The notes beneath the pieces are model-generated. The model made no database searches, was not told the origin of the DNA, and saw nothing but the letters and a program-made list of their open reading frames with translations. DNA of 59,616 nucleotides, filler included, from Sphacelaria rigidula (taxonomy: Eukaryota), in the NCBI GenBank assembly GCA_964200075.2. It is 5 parts of 5 records of this genome, joined end to end, with 100 filler letters (N's around TTAATTAATTAA, not from the genome) between each part and the next. Parts side by side here need not be neighbours in the genome. Positions count along the whole stretch, not along the records: positions 47,775 to 59,616 come from CAXNAA020004434.1; 4 more parts are not named here. The stretch is one strand, 5' to 3'. Below are positions 48,868-59,616 of this stretch, one piece after another; position 1 is the stretch's first letter; each line of letters starts with the position of its first letter. Made by a program: the position numbers and the translations under genes.

Positions 48868-51800
48868 GTGGTGCTACTACAAGGAGACGGAACGCGTGCT
48901 GGGACAAACGTTCGGGGTCTTGGTTCTCCAAGATTTCGAGGCGTTGACGCCGAATTTGTTGGCGAGGACGATCGAGACGATAGAGGGGGGTGGGCTGGTA
49001 ATCCTGCTGCTCAAGACTGTCACCAGCCTCAAGCAGCTCTACGCCATGTCTATGGACGTACACTCCAGGTATCGTGTGGAACTCCGTGCGTTCCTTTTGT
49101 TGTCTTCTGTATTTCATCGTGTAGAACTTGCTGTGATATTAATTAATTGATACATGTATAATATACAAGGTTCCCCTTCGGGAGGTTGGTACGGGCCTCC
49201 CAGGGGTGATGCAAGTCGAAAATATATGGATATAAGAAGGGCTGTTGTATGTCAATGTACAGGAGTGATCGTGGCTCTAAAAATATCGCGTGTGTTTTCG
49301 GGTGGTGGCTCCGGATAAGGTTGACCAATTTGAGCAACACGGATGGAAGATTGTACAATTGTTGGGCGGCAATACTTTTGACACGTGTGGCATATGCGTA
49401 GCTGCTCATCAGCTGTGCACGTTGTGCAGGACCTTAATGCTCAAATATGTTCAGAATTTATTGAAAAATGATGATTTGCTTGAGATCCACTTTCATGGCG
49501 ATGAATCTCGATTTGTACAAATATGAGAATTTCAGCCCATTTACATGCAATTTTTTCCCGTTGGGCAATGTTTTTCGGCTAGCTGTGAGCAAACCAGATC
49601 AATTCTCCGATTCTATGGACGTTGGCGTTTGGCTCACCACATTTCTGCCCAAATCGGGACACTCCCGCATCTCCCCCGATTTTTTGCATTGTGAGCAGAG
49701 AGAAGTGACAAGTCCTTGGGTGTCTGCACTGTACGTTGCCCGCTTCTCCTTTTTACCCCCCTCCACGAAACACGCACACACGCTCTCAAGACACCTTGCT
49801 TGCAAGCAGTGCAAGCAGTACAGACTATCTGTACTGCACAGGAGTGACCATGTTCCGTTTCACAAATTTCACTGATATAGTACAACCGAGGTGGAGTTTG
49901 TGGTGTTGCCAAATAATGTCGCCTAGGCAGCTATTATAGCTACCTAGCTGTATATTTCGCTCGGGTGAGGTAGTCGTAGTGCACGTGCATGTAATTATTC
50001 TTGTGTTCGGGGAGAAACCCTTGAGCCCTCCGAACACATGGTTGCGGACTTATTGCACTCCAGGGTGCAGTAGAAACCCCCGAGCCCTCCAACCCCATGG
50101 TCGCGGACTTACTGAACTGTACGGTTTTGTTTCGAAAACAAATAGTGCAGTCTGTGGTGTTGCCAGATGATGTCGCCCAGCTATCAATAGCTAACCCTAG
50201 CCATATATCCCCCAGACGGTCGACGAGGGGAAGGCAGTACTGATCCCCCGTCACGAAAAAAATAAAAAGGCAACCACCATAGAAAGATACAGCTCCGAAT
50301 GGGGGACATTGTAGTTCACTTGCTTACAGTGATGTTTGTTCCGCTAGAGTCAAGTTTTTATGCTGTATATCATTGCACGGTAGGTGCAGCCCTGTATGCA
50401 GGACTATGTCTCTAGTACAGCAGCTGCATGCAGTCAGTCTTTAATACAGCAGCTGCATCCAGGACTTTTTTAAAACACTGTGGCTGCCAAGGTACACAGG
50501 CAGCTCACGAAATCTCCATGTGCAGTGCCGGTCGCCCCAGTCGCTCAGTTGGTACTGTAACCTCGAAAATGTTGGGTAGTGGGTTCAAATCTCGGAGCAA
50601 TCTGGGATTTTTTCTCACACCATGCCCAACAGTGGAGAGCGACTATGTCGTGTGTACACAAAAGGAATATGAAGTACTAAACACAAATCAAAAGAAAAAG
50701 CTCATGTGTTGACGTTCCTCCTGTGAGACCACCTGCCACGGCTGGTGCGCGTACATATACCGAAAGGTATAGACTGGCGCCCAGAATAAATGGCACGCTA
50801 CAAACACAACAATACGACCTAGCCGACACCCGAGGAAGTTTCCTCGTGGTCATACGTTTCCAATGGACAGGACCCGTGAGGCCTCAACGTGGAACAATAA
50901 AGGCTGCTCGGTTCGCATGACTGTACGTCTTAACCCTTGGACCGCGGCGCCGGTACTCCATCTCAATCACGCATACTCTTTTCAAGTGAATATCGATGCC
51001 GATTCAGCAGGTGACCTGCCCTCGCGGTCGAAGGATGAACACCGATATCCTTTTTCAACTCATTTTCACTAATGTCCCTAAACATGCTTTTGTGGACTAT
51101 TGGGTTCGCACAACGGGGACCCACATGACCCAGATATGACGGTATTCGACGCTTCATGTCAAGACTAAAGAGGGAGGAATTTGAGATGTTCCGACTTGTG
51201 CTTGTGATGAAGAAATGCCCCGCCATGAACACGCTGCTTTGGTTCGGGTTCTTGTTGAGAGTTTTCCACGATCTCGAGGAGGCTTTCGTGGTTCGGGATC
51301 GACACCCCGCGAAAAAGAGCCAGTGTGGGCGACTTTCGTCGGCCAGGACGCGCGCCACAGGTATCAGATAACACCCAAACCTGAACTGTAATGTACCGCT
51401 GACCCTCCTTCGTGCACTGCAAAACAAGGCGCAGGCTAGGATGCCTTTCAGCCGGAGAAAACTCGGCGAAAGTGGTGAAAAATGTGAAATGAATGTATGT
51501 ATATGGTGTTGCAATCAGCTAATGTGAGATAATCAATCAATGAATCAATCAATGGTTGTCTTTATGATGTATTCACATTAAATATGCCGCAGTCTCCAGG
51601 CTCTTTCTTCTCCACAAGCCTCAGGCATGAATGACCACACTCGAGTAACCATAATGTTTGCTTCGATGTAGCGAATGACGACTGGCGAATATCGTAGAAG
51701 GATGGTCAAAAGTTGGATGCCAATACTGCGAAAGCAAGGCGTTGTTCTACTTTTTTGGCATGCCTTTGTGCAGTGGGATTGATCCTGGGACGGGAGGGGG

Positions 51801-52056
51801 GGGGGGAGGGGCGCACTCTCATTTGTCGCTTGCCTTAGCCGTTTGACCATTGACCATTGACCATTGACCACGCATCCCTTTCGAGACGGATCGCACGGGA
51901 GAGGGGGGGGTCGCACGAGAAAAATAGGATCACGAGTGTATTACATCCTGCTTGTGTGTTACAGGGTGGATGATGACCCTGAATAGAAGGCTGAAGAGTG
52001 GTTCGGCAGGTGGTGTTTCATGGTGAATGAAACGTGCAATAAGTGGCTCAAATGGA

Positions 52057-52087
<31 letters not shown>

Positions 52088-55000
52088 TCATCATCCTGTC
52101 GGCCCTGTATTCGCGTCTTGAATGATGCCCCCCTGTTGTGTGTGTGTGTATGTGTGTGTGTGTTTGTGAAGATACATCTCAAGAAGTCTAACCGATGAAA
52201 AAACACCATGTGGGAAGTGCGATCGAAGTTCCGATGGGCTGCGGGAAGCGCTGACCCAAATGCTCCATGCTTCTTTTTGTCCGTGTCCTGGTTGTCACAC
52301 ATTTCAACTCCTGCCCTTCCTCGGGACGCGCTCATGCTTGATCCTCTCCACAGGGATCAGCTCATACATATATACTCTCCCGCGGCACTGTACACGCCTT
52401 CCAATGTTGATGTTGGTATTGCGAGTTGTATCGGCACTCCACTCCCGCACCGCGTCGAATGACGTCTTCGTGCTACTACTCACGTATGTCCCTTAACGTA
52501 TGTCCCTCACATATTCAATCGACGACAGATCAATCAAGTTTTATTTGTTTGTTTTAGAATAAAGAACTAAACACATTTTGCCGGGGATCGAACAAGCATT
52601 TTCCCTCCCGACAGCTCTCGCCATTATTGAAACAAAAAATAATGTTAGGTTTCGAACGGAGAGCTCCGGAGACGTGGTTGGCCGGTTCAACGAACGCTTC
52701 ATGCTGACGCTGGGTGACTGCAGGAGCTGTCTGGTGTGCGACGACGAGCTGAACGTACTCCCTCTATCGTCTCACGCACGGGATATTCAGCCCCTGCCCC
52801 CGGCAGATGGTAAGCTACGCACTGAAGGAGTTTTTTGTTTTTCCTTGATGGAAGGAGGAAAATTTTGTCTGGTTCAGGGGCTCCTAACGATTCCAGATGC
52901 ACAAGAATATGGGTCAGGGCATACCCTTTAGCACATCAAGTTGGGATATCCCCAGCATATTGGAATAGTAATCCTGGCGTACTCTCGCATATCTTCATAA
53001 GTCGTGTTTTGGATGAGATGAAGGGCTCTTAACAATTCTAACCTCAGAAAACATTTGTGTACCCCTACCGCAGCATCACTCTTGACGCATCTATGAGCAC
53101 ATTTTTTTGTGGTATCGACCCCCCCCTATCGTAGCATGGCTCTTTGTGTAGTACTGGTTGCTGCTTTTTTAATGAACCACCTGGGGGGGAAAGAGAGCGG
53201 GGAGGGGGGGGGTGAGGAAGGTGCAATTTCACGAGAAAGAATGAGGAAAGATTTGAGGACGGATCATGACTCCTTGAAGCGCCAGATTCCCTCACACGGC
53301 CCGCTAACAATCTACGGAAAACAAGCCGTTATGGCGAGCAACGTCAAATGAGTCAGCGCTCGGAGGCCGTATTCTCCGGTAGACTTCGTCCCCCTGACCC
53401 TGACCCCTCGAATTTGCTCTTTAACCTAGGGTGTTATTTGGGTGTACTCATGTTTTTTCATGTCGCACTCATATGACCATTGACCTCGCATCCCTACAAA
53501 GCCAGCACGGAGCACGCCGGGTTTTCGCGGGTCAAGGGTTATTTGGGCGTGTTATATACGACGAGGGTTCGATTCCCGATGCGCTGGGTATTTACTTCGT
53601 AGTATCTGATTTCTACTGTGAAAAACGTGAGAACGTGAGTAAACAACGTGGGAGTCGACTGAGTTTGATTCACGTGAGTTGATGCGGTGCGGGAGTGCTG
53701 ATCCAATCCGCGAGACCAAAGTGCAAGGCGTGTACCGGGGGAGAGATTGGATGATCCCTCGAGACCACGGACTCATCCCGAGGAAGAGGAGGGGTTCAAA
53801 GTGCGACAAATGAAATAGTAATGATCATTATAACAAGAACAACAACAAAGAGTATACTGCGTACGGGTGAGGTACACTGAATTCCCCGGAAGGATTCGCT
53901 GACCTCCCACGGATGAACTAGACCAGAACACGTCGTCCTGCTTTTTTGTTCAGGGGGTGGTATATCACGTACCGGTAATGACACAGTCATCGTCATCGCG
54001 AGGTAGGCTTTGCTCGCCCGTTGTCCTCGGTATCCGGCTCACATTGACTGGAGGACCTCAAGTGAGGGGTGTTATTGTACGTATGGGCTAGGGACATCGC
54101 GTCCTATGGTGGGCTTCGATGATCGCCCCCAGAAAAGGAAGCCGAAAAAATATCGCCCACGGGGGTTCATCCAGGGGGGTTGTTGTACACGATGTACTGT
54201 ACCGGCAGTACATACCGTATTCTTAGACCTGCCTGAAGAAAATGCGAAGTACATGGCACGTGTTCACGTGTTGCTCTCTTGTAGTCATGATCTTACATGC
54301 CATAGTCATGGGATCATTGACCTCACATAATTCAAAACCGGTACGGAGCACGCCGGGTTTCTCCGGACCAGACTCTTGTTGCCGGGCGAGGGGGGGTGGT
54401 ACTTTTAAGTAAGGGGTAACACTACCAAGTTCTGTTGTGGGTCGCCTCTGCTCCGCTCCGTGGAAGAAGAGAAGAGGAATTTTTTGAAAATGGGGGGGGG
54501 GGGGGGGGGGTTCACAGAAAGACACATCTTTTGCGCTTTAATTTTTCATACAGTATTTCACGGTTAGGACAAGTCAACTGGTTAGTCATGAGGAGTCGAC
54601 TCGTAAGAATTCTGATTTGTCCTAACCGTGCAGTATTTCATGGTTGTTGGTGCTGTTTTTACGTGACATGATGATACATACACCTGCCCTGGGCGTCGAC
54701 CTTTTTCGAATACTGTCAGCTTCCTAGTTGGACCCTGAACGAACGGGCCTGGGGGGAGATCGGGGGTGGGTGGGGGGTACTCATTTCCTGCTTGCGTTAG
54801 CCATTTGACCGTTGACCACGCGTCACTTTCGATATAGAGTACCGTTCCTGCTCCTGGTAGGAACACGTGTTTGGGGCGTGCGGAAGGGTTGTAATTCGTG
54901 GAGAAACTGCACCGGCAGAGGGAGGAAAACCCGCCGCTACGCACATACGGCGTCTCATCGTCATCCATGCATGATCTGCGGCCGGCAAGCATATAGCTGT

Positions 55001-56832
55001 CTCAGTATCGTGAAACGGCGGCGATGATGGCGCCGGCATCAATTACATGTGGTCGTGCACACAGGAACGCAATGTTAGCATTTACGATGTCAATAAAATG
55101 ATGCGGAGTACAAGGTTCCCCTTCGGGAGGTTGATACGAGCCTGTCAGGGGTGACGCACGTCGAAAATATAGTGGTCAACCCTTGGACCGCGGTGCGGGT
55201 AGTCCATCTGAATCATGCATACTTTTATCAACTGAAATATTGATGCTGATTCAGCAGGTGTCCTACCCTCGCGGTCTAAAGGGTTAAGAGAGGCTGTTGA
55301 TTCTCAATGTACAGTAAGTAATGGAGGCGACCTGAAGTTTTGGTCGTATATCTGTGGTTGATTTCCTCGAACAAACTAACAGTATCGCCAACCTCAACCC
55401 TAACCCTAACCCTAACCCCGACCCAAGGCGTACGAGACCCTGGGGCGAGGAGGGACATGTTGTCAACCGTAGATGTACGGCTAAAACTCTATCAACAGGT
55501 CTACTGACTGGGACTTTCACATCACCCAGGCCTTTTTTCAAAACAGGGTGATCGCTTTTGCGGCAAAGTATTCCAGTGCTGCCGTGCTGCTGTTGTGCCT
55601 TGTTCAAGTCGCCAACGACTCATTGCACGGTCTTGTGTTTGCTTCTGACTGAAAGTTCAAGGCAATGTTGAATTGTTTCCAACTGCTTTTGCTCTCATGT
55701 TCTCGTGACATTTGCGGCATAACCCATGTGTTCGTGCTCGCAAATGAACGAGAACGTGCCAAAGAGAAACACGGGGAAAAAACACTCCGCCGAAAGTAAT
55801 CCCGTTTGAAGATTTCCATGATCTTCAACAGGCTTTTTTTGTGGTTCGAGTTCTTGTTTTAGGTTTTACATAATCTTGAAGATGCTTTTGTGGTTCGGGA
55901 TCGACACCCCGCGAAAAAAGGGCCAGTCTGAGCGACTTCCGGTGGCCAGAACACGCGCCACAGGTATCAGATGACGCCCAAACTTGAAAGGACATGTACC
56001 GCTGAGCCTTCTCAGTGCACTGCAAAAGAAAGCCTTGGGAAAATTGCCTTGCCGCCAGAGAAAGAGTGGTGAACAATGTGAAATGATACATGCACATACA
56101 TCTATGGACATTCATTAAAAAAATTAAAAGAAGAGACAAACGTCCTCCTCCCGTTCTCCCTCAGCGGCGGCAAAACAAAAAAATGTTGCTGCTGTACAGT
56201 GCTTTTATTGACCAATAGAAACGCCTTCGTCGCTTTTGCAACACTCTTGCGAAGCGCCCATGTCTGTCTGTTGTATTGGTATCACCCGTGAGCGGTGCTA
56301 CCATAGGGGTTGCACTTTTTGCTTCTGCGTCTCGTTTTTGTAGGAGCCCAAATATATGGGGCTTACTGTGCAACCCAAATCTCCGGGGACAGGGCATGGA
56401 GATGCACACAGGGGTCTTTCCGTGAATCGGCATCATCTTCAGTCTTATTCGACTGAAAATGATGCCGACTCCCAAAATGATCCGTGCAACACTCCGAGAA
56501 ACATTTTCGCTAAAAAAAGGCAACCCTACCGTAGCATCACGCCCGTTTGGTATCATGTCTGTTGTATTGGTATAATCCATTCCGCCTACACAAAAACATC
56601 CTGTGAAGAAAGAGTCGCAGAAAGGACTTCTCGGTGGACAAAAATTCGGAACAAAAAAATCATGAGCCCTCGAAGACCTCACTTTTTTTTGTGTGGTATG
56701 CTTCGTATATCAACGTCATTATCAGAGGATGCGGAAACCTCTGAGGCTAAGGAGCTGCGAGAGCTGAAAGAGTCGCTGGAAGGGACACCACCTGTCGGGC
56801 CTCTTGTGGCAGGGGCCAAAACTCTTGACCAG
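48868..56832 (+). CDS. NAT10: RNA cytidine acetyltransferase NAT10/Kre33; three internal exons (partial gene)
   Basis: Exons 48868-49068 (WCYYKETERVLGQTFGVLVLQDFEALTPNLLARTIETIEGGGLVILLLKTVTSLKQLYAMSMDVHSR), 52649-52809 (FRTESSGDVVGRFNERFMLTLGDCRSCLVCDDELNVLPLSSH) and 56726-56832 (ELRELKESLEGTPPVGPLVAGAKTLDQ). These match the highly conserved NAT10 N-terminal motifs; splice phases are consistent; introns are ~3.6 and ~3.9 kb. Confidence 0.96.
49164..49262 (-). mobile_element. Short dispersed element, possibly a non-autonomous Helitron; second copy at 55109-55314
   Basis: TACAAGGTTCCCCTTCGGGAGG...GTCGAAAATATA...GGCTGTTG..T.TCAATGTACAG in both copies. The minus strand ends with hairpin CTCCCGAAGGGG then AACCTTG|T. 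Confidence 0.45.
50528..50812 (+). mobile_element. SINE family A copy
   Basis: CCGGTCGCCCCAGTCGCTCAGTTGG (A-box)...GGGTTCAAATCTCGG (B-box)...CACACCATGCCCAACAGTGGAGAGCGACTA...CATATACCGAAAGG, with a CA-rich tail. Confidence 0.75.
50930..51039. mobile_element. ~105-bp piggyBac-like MITE
   Basis: TTAA-CCCTTGGACCGCG...CTCGCGGTCGAAGGA-TGAA; homologous to 5321-5426 and 55176-55287. Confidence 0.7.
51230..51553 (+). repeat. Dispersed repeat (second copy at 55835-56095); this copy ends in a (CAAT)n tail
   Basis: GTGGTTCGGGATCGACACCCCGCGAAAAA...CGCGCCACAGGTATCAGAT.AC.CCCAAAC...AGTGGTGAA.AATGTGAAATGA is present in two NAT10 introns. Confidence 0.75.
52815..53073. mobile_element. MITE homologous to 15683-15922 (inverted)
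   Basis: TTGTCTGGTTCAGGGGCTCCTAA...CAAGAATATGG.TCAGGGCATACCC...GTCGTGTTTTGGATGAGAT...ACCCCTACCGCAG. Confidence 0.75.
53555..53810 (+). mobile_element. SINE family B copy (5'-truncated head)
   Basis: GGTTCGATTCCCGATGCG B-box, a body matching 1535-1824, and a 3' end GGGGTTCAAAGTGCGACAAA followed by an A-rich tail. Confidence 0.75.
55176..55287. mobile_element. ~105-bp piggyBac-like MITE inserted in another repeat
   Basis: TCAA-CCCTTGGACCGCG...CTCGCGGTCTAAAGGG-TTAA interrupts the 49164-type element. Confidence 0.75.
55390..55420 (+). repeat. Short interstitial (CCCTAA)n telomere-type repeat
   Basis: AACCCTAACCCTAACCCTAACCCC; shorter versions at ~10179, ~19255, ~44340 and ~50191. Confidence 0.7.
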
Positions 56833-56868
56833 GTGATGCTGTAACACCAAGAAAAATACGAGAACGTA

Positions 56869-57918
56869 TTAACCCTTTTGGGACCGGGCCTCCAGAACGA
56901 CCAATGCGGCTGTTTAGGAATGACGTGTCTGGCATCTGCACGAAACAGTTGCGTGTTGCTGAAAATCCGCGTATGTAACCCCAGGGTGATGATGAAGACC
57001 GAAGGTTTCATCCCATCTGCTTTCAGGTGCAGGGTAGGGTGCACGTTAGGCGGTGTACATCTGATGTAGCAAGCAGTATGGGTCGCGGTAGAGAGCTTCC
57101 AACAGGATGCGGCGACCGGCGGGCCGCCCGCCACTTGTGGCCTTGAATGATAGTAATGTCCCTCTTACCTTGCCACACAGCCCTCTGTGGTCGAAGTGGG
57201 TCGCCATTTCCCTTCATGTTGCATGCGGCAAATTCTCTTTGAAGTGTATCGGCGTTGCGGGGCGCATGCATACAGTGTAGTACAGTACAACAGTGCAGTA
57301 CGCCTCTCCGACTACAGCAGCAGCTGCCGCTGCATACTCCCTTGCACATTCTGGGCGATTCTCAGCTACCGGGATCAACTGCCTATATACCGCTTCTTCA
57401 TCCCCGCCCACGACGTACATGTTAACTGCACACTGCGAGTCATCGGCAGGGGGATGAGCAGAATTCATGACGGTAGCTCTTTTTGTCTATCCACGGCCCA
57501 CCTGGGTGTAGTGCCTCGTGAAAATGACCACATTGAAGCATGTACACTCCTTCCCGGTTTTTCCGCCACACTGTGTTGGTGTAAATTGTTATGTTTCAGT
57601 ATAAAATTGAGACCCAAAAAACGCTCTGGAAAAACTCGGAAACGGTATACTGAGTGCAAGTAATACCATAAAACCAAGCTGCGATTATCCTGCACTTGGA
57701 AACCTGGAGAGGCTTATCTGGGCCAGGGATAGGGCCCCCCACACGATCTTTGCAGTGGCATCACACTCGACAACAATCCCCGCGCTGGTCGTTCGGGTCT
57801 GGTCGATAAATTTCGCATCGCCGTGGATGAGCAGGTCGCTCGAAGACTTACTTTTATTTTTCCACCAACACATGGTTGAACCCTGTGTTGATGGGGTGTC
57901 CGGTCCCAAAAGGGTTAC
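56869..57918. mobile_element. ~1.05-kb non-autonomous piggyBac-like element
   Basis: Perfect 15-bp TIRs CCCTTTTGGGACCGG / CCGGTCCCAAAAGGG flanked by TTAA and TTAC; no intact transposase ORF inside. Confidence 0.75.
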
Positions 57919-59616
57919 ACGACCGGAAAACGGGAAGAAGACGTGGAAAGAGGAAGAAAAGGAACCACCCGGACCCGGCAGGGGCGGTGAGGGTGGGTGG
58001 GGAGAGATATAATGAAATAAAATGAAGGTGGACAAAAAAGAGAAGGACGGGGGAAAAAGGTGGGGGAGACGAGAAAATCGAGACCAAGATATGACAGAGA
58101 AATGAGAAAGACGACGGGGGTAAAAGAAGAAAAAGGCGTGTACTTTGAGTTTATTGTCTACTACGGTTGAGACCACTCCTCTGCTCCATGTTTTTATCGT
58201 TTTGGGTGCAAGATGGTTCGGACAGGCTAGGATACTTGTTTTTTTATCCGGGGCGACAAACTATAGAAGGAGTATCTCCGAGATGGTTCGGATGGGCTAG
58301 GATGCGGGTGCGACTCCGTATTTCGGGTACCCTGGGATAGAATTTTTCAAAGGTTGTGTTTCTGTAGGGTACAGTGGCTGAAAATCGGGTATTTCAGAAA
58401 AGTATGGAAGAGCTATTTCATCGGAAATAATACCCTTCCGAACCATACCGGATTGTCCGGAAAACGGCTCGATACCCTGCCGGACCATACCAACCAAAAA
58501 TCCCCAACTTCCGGGTACGGTGGGGGGCACGGTTCAGGGGGGGAGCAGGGGGGGAGGGGTCACTCATTTGTTGCTTCCCTTAGTCGTTTGACCATTGACC
58601 ATGCATCCCTTTCGAGACAGAGCACCCTTTAAGAGGGGGGTGCGCCATACGAAATAAACCTCTCTCAAACATGACTTTCTTTTGTATCGTTTTGAGAGAG
58701 CTTTGCCGGTAAACAGGGTGCTCGGGTCAACAAAAAACCCATCTCAAAACGGTGTGTATGTATGTATATATATATATAAATTTGGGTTTTAGACTTCAGT
58801 GGGTGAAATCCAAGATATCTGGAAGGTATGCTTGTGTCGTGGCGCCCCATCAAACGTTTGACATGGCGTATTCAGTTATTTATGGTGCAATACAGGAACC
58901 ACGCTCAGCACGATTCGTCCTTGAAATGATGTGCAAGAACACCTCTGCTGTATACCGTGGTCTGAGAGGTACTCCAACATCTCAACATGGCGGCCAAGAA
59001 AACACGCGGGGACGTGTACTTGTACTGCTGTACAGCTGACTGCTGTGCTACTTACTGCTGCACATCAGTACTATACTGTATCGGCATCACCCTCAGGTCT
59101 TTAGAGTCGTTTTAATTGGGTGGATGAAGTTGAGAAAAACGAACTGTTTAGCTTTCATACCCGTTGCGAACTCCGGTCGGGAGTAAGTACGATAGCAACG
59201 AAAGCTAGCTATGATCGGGTTTGCCTGCCGTACAACCGACAGCGTTGCGTGAAAGCCACAAGACCTTTGCTGTCGGCGGTTGATGGCGTGGATCTCAAAT
59301 GCAACTATAAGTGGTTGATCGTAGAGAACTCTCGTTCAGCTTGTAATGCATGACCTTCTGACATCGGAATAATTCTGGGAAGCTACTCGTACTGTACCGA
59401 GGTGTTCACGCGACCAGCGTGTGCCCCAGATCGCAAAATGGACGAATTCCTGTGCGCCACACTAGCAACAGTGAGGTCACCACCATACGTATTTTTTTTC
59501 ACTCCGTATGTCAAGAAGGTCTCTACAAGCGTTTGATCTTTCCACCAACCCCCCGCCACCCCAACACCGCCTGCGTATCTACTCCGGATACGCTCACTCC
59601 ATGCCCCGGGACATGC

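Overview
This is eukaryotic, intron-rich, transposon-laden DNA. It is most consistent with a brown alga (stramenopile), which I infer from gene content, long repeat-filled introns and TTAGGG-type repeats. It is not one contiguous locus: five segments of about 11.84 kb (1-11845, 11946-23788, 23889-35731, 35832-47674, 47775-59616) are joined by artificial N44-TTAATTAATTAA-N44 linkers. I could splice four partial genes by hand with consistent reading phase. (1) A 12-exon OFA/YhjX-like MFS transporter with a mitochondrial-type presequence (minus strand, segment 2). (2) A coiled-coil plus repeated Tudor/Agenet-like domain protein with a probable GC-AG intron (plus strand, segment 3). (3) A Torsin/LAP1-LULL1-like AAA+ pseudo-ATPase with degenerate Walker A and B motifs, a C-terminal membrane helix and a basic NLS-bearing tail (minus strand, segment 4); this is the most interesting find. 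(4) Three exons of the RNA cytidine acetyltransferase NAT10/Kre33 (plus strand, segment 5). Introns and intergenic DNA hold repeat families shared between segments: two tRNA-derived SINE families, retroelement 3' ends with (CAAAT)n tails, TTAA-flanked piggyBac-like MITEs (including a tandem array and an empty/filled site pair), hAT-, mariner- and Harbinger-like MITEs, a possible mini-Helitron, a LINE relic and microsatellites. No CRISPR array, rRNA or intact tRNA was found. All homology calls come from motif recall by eye, not database searches.
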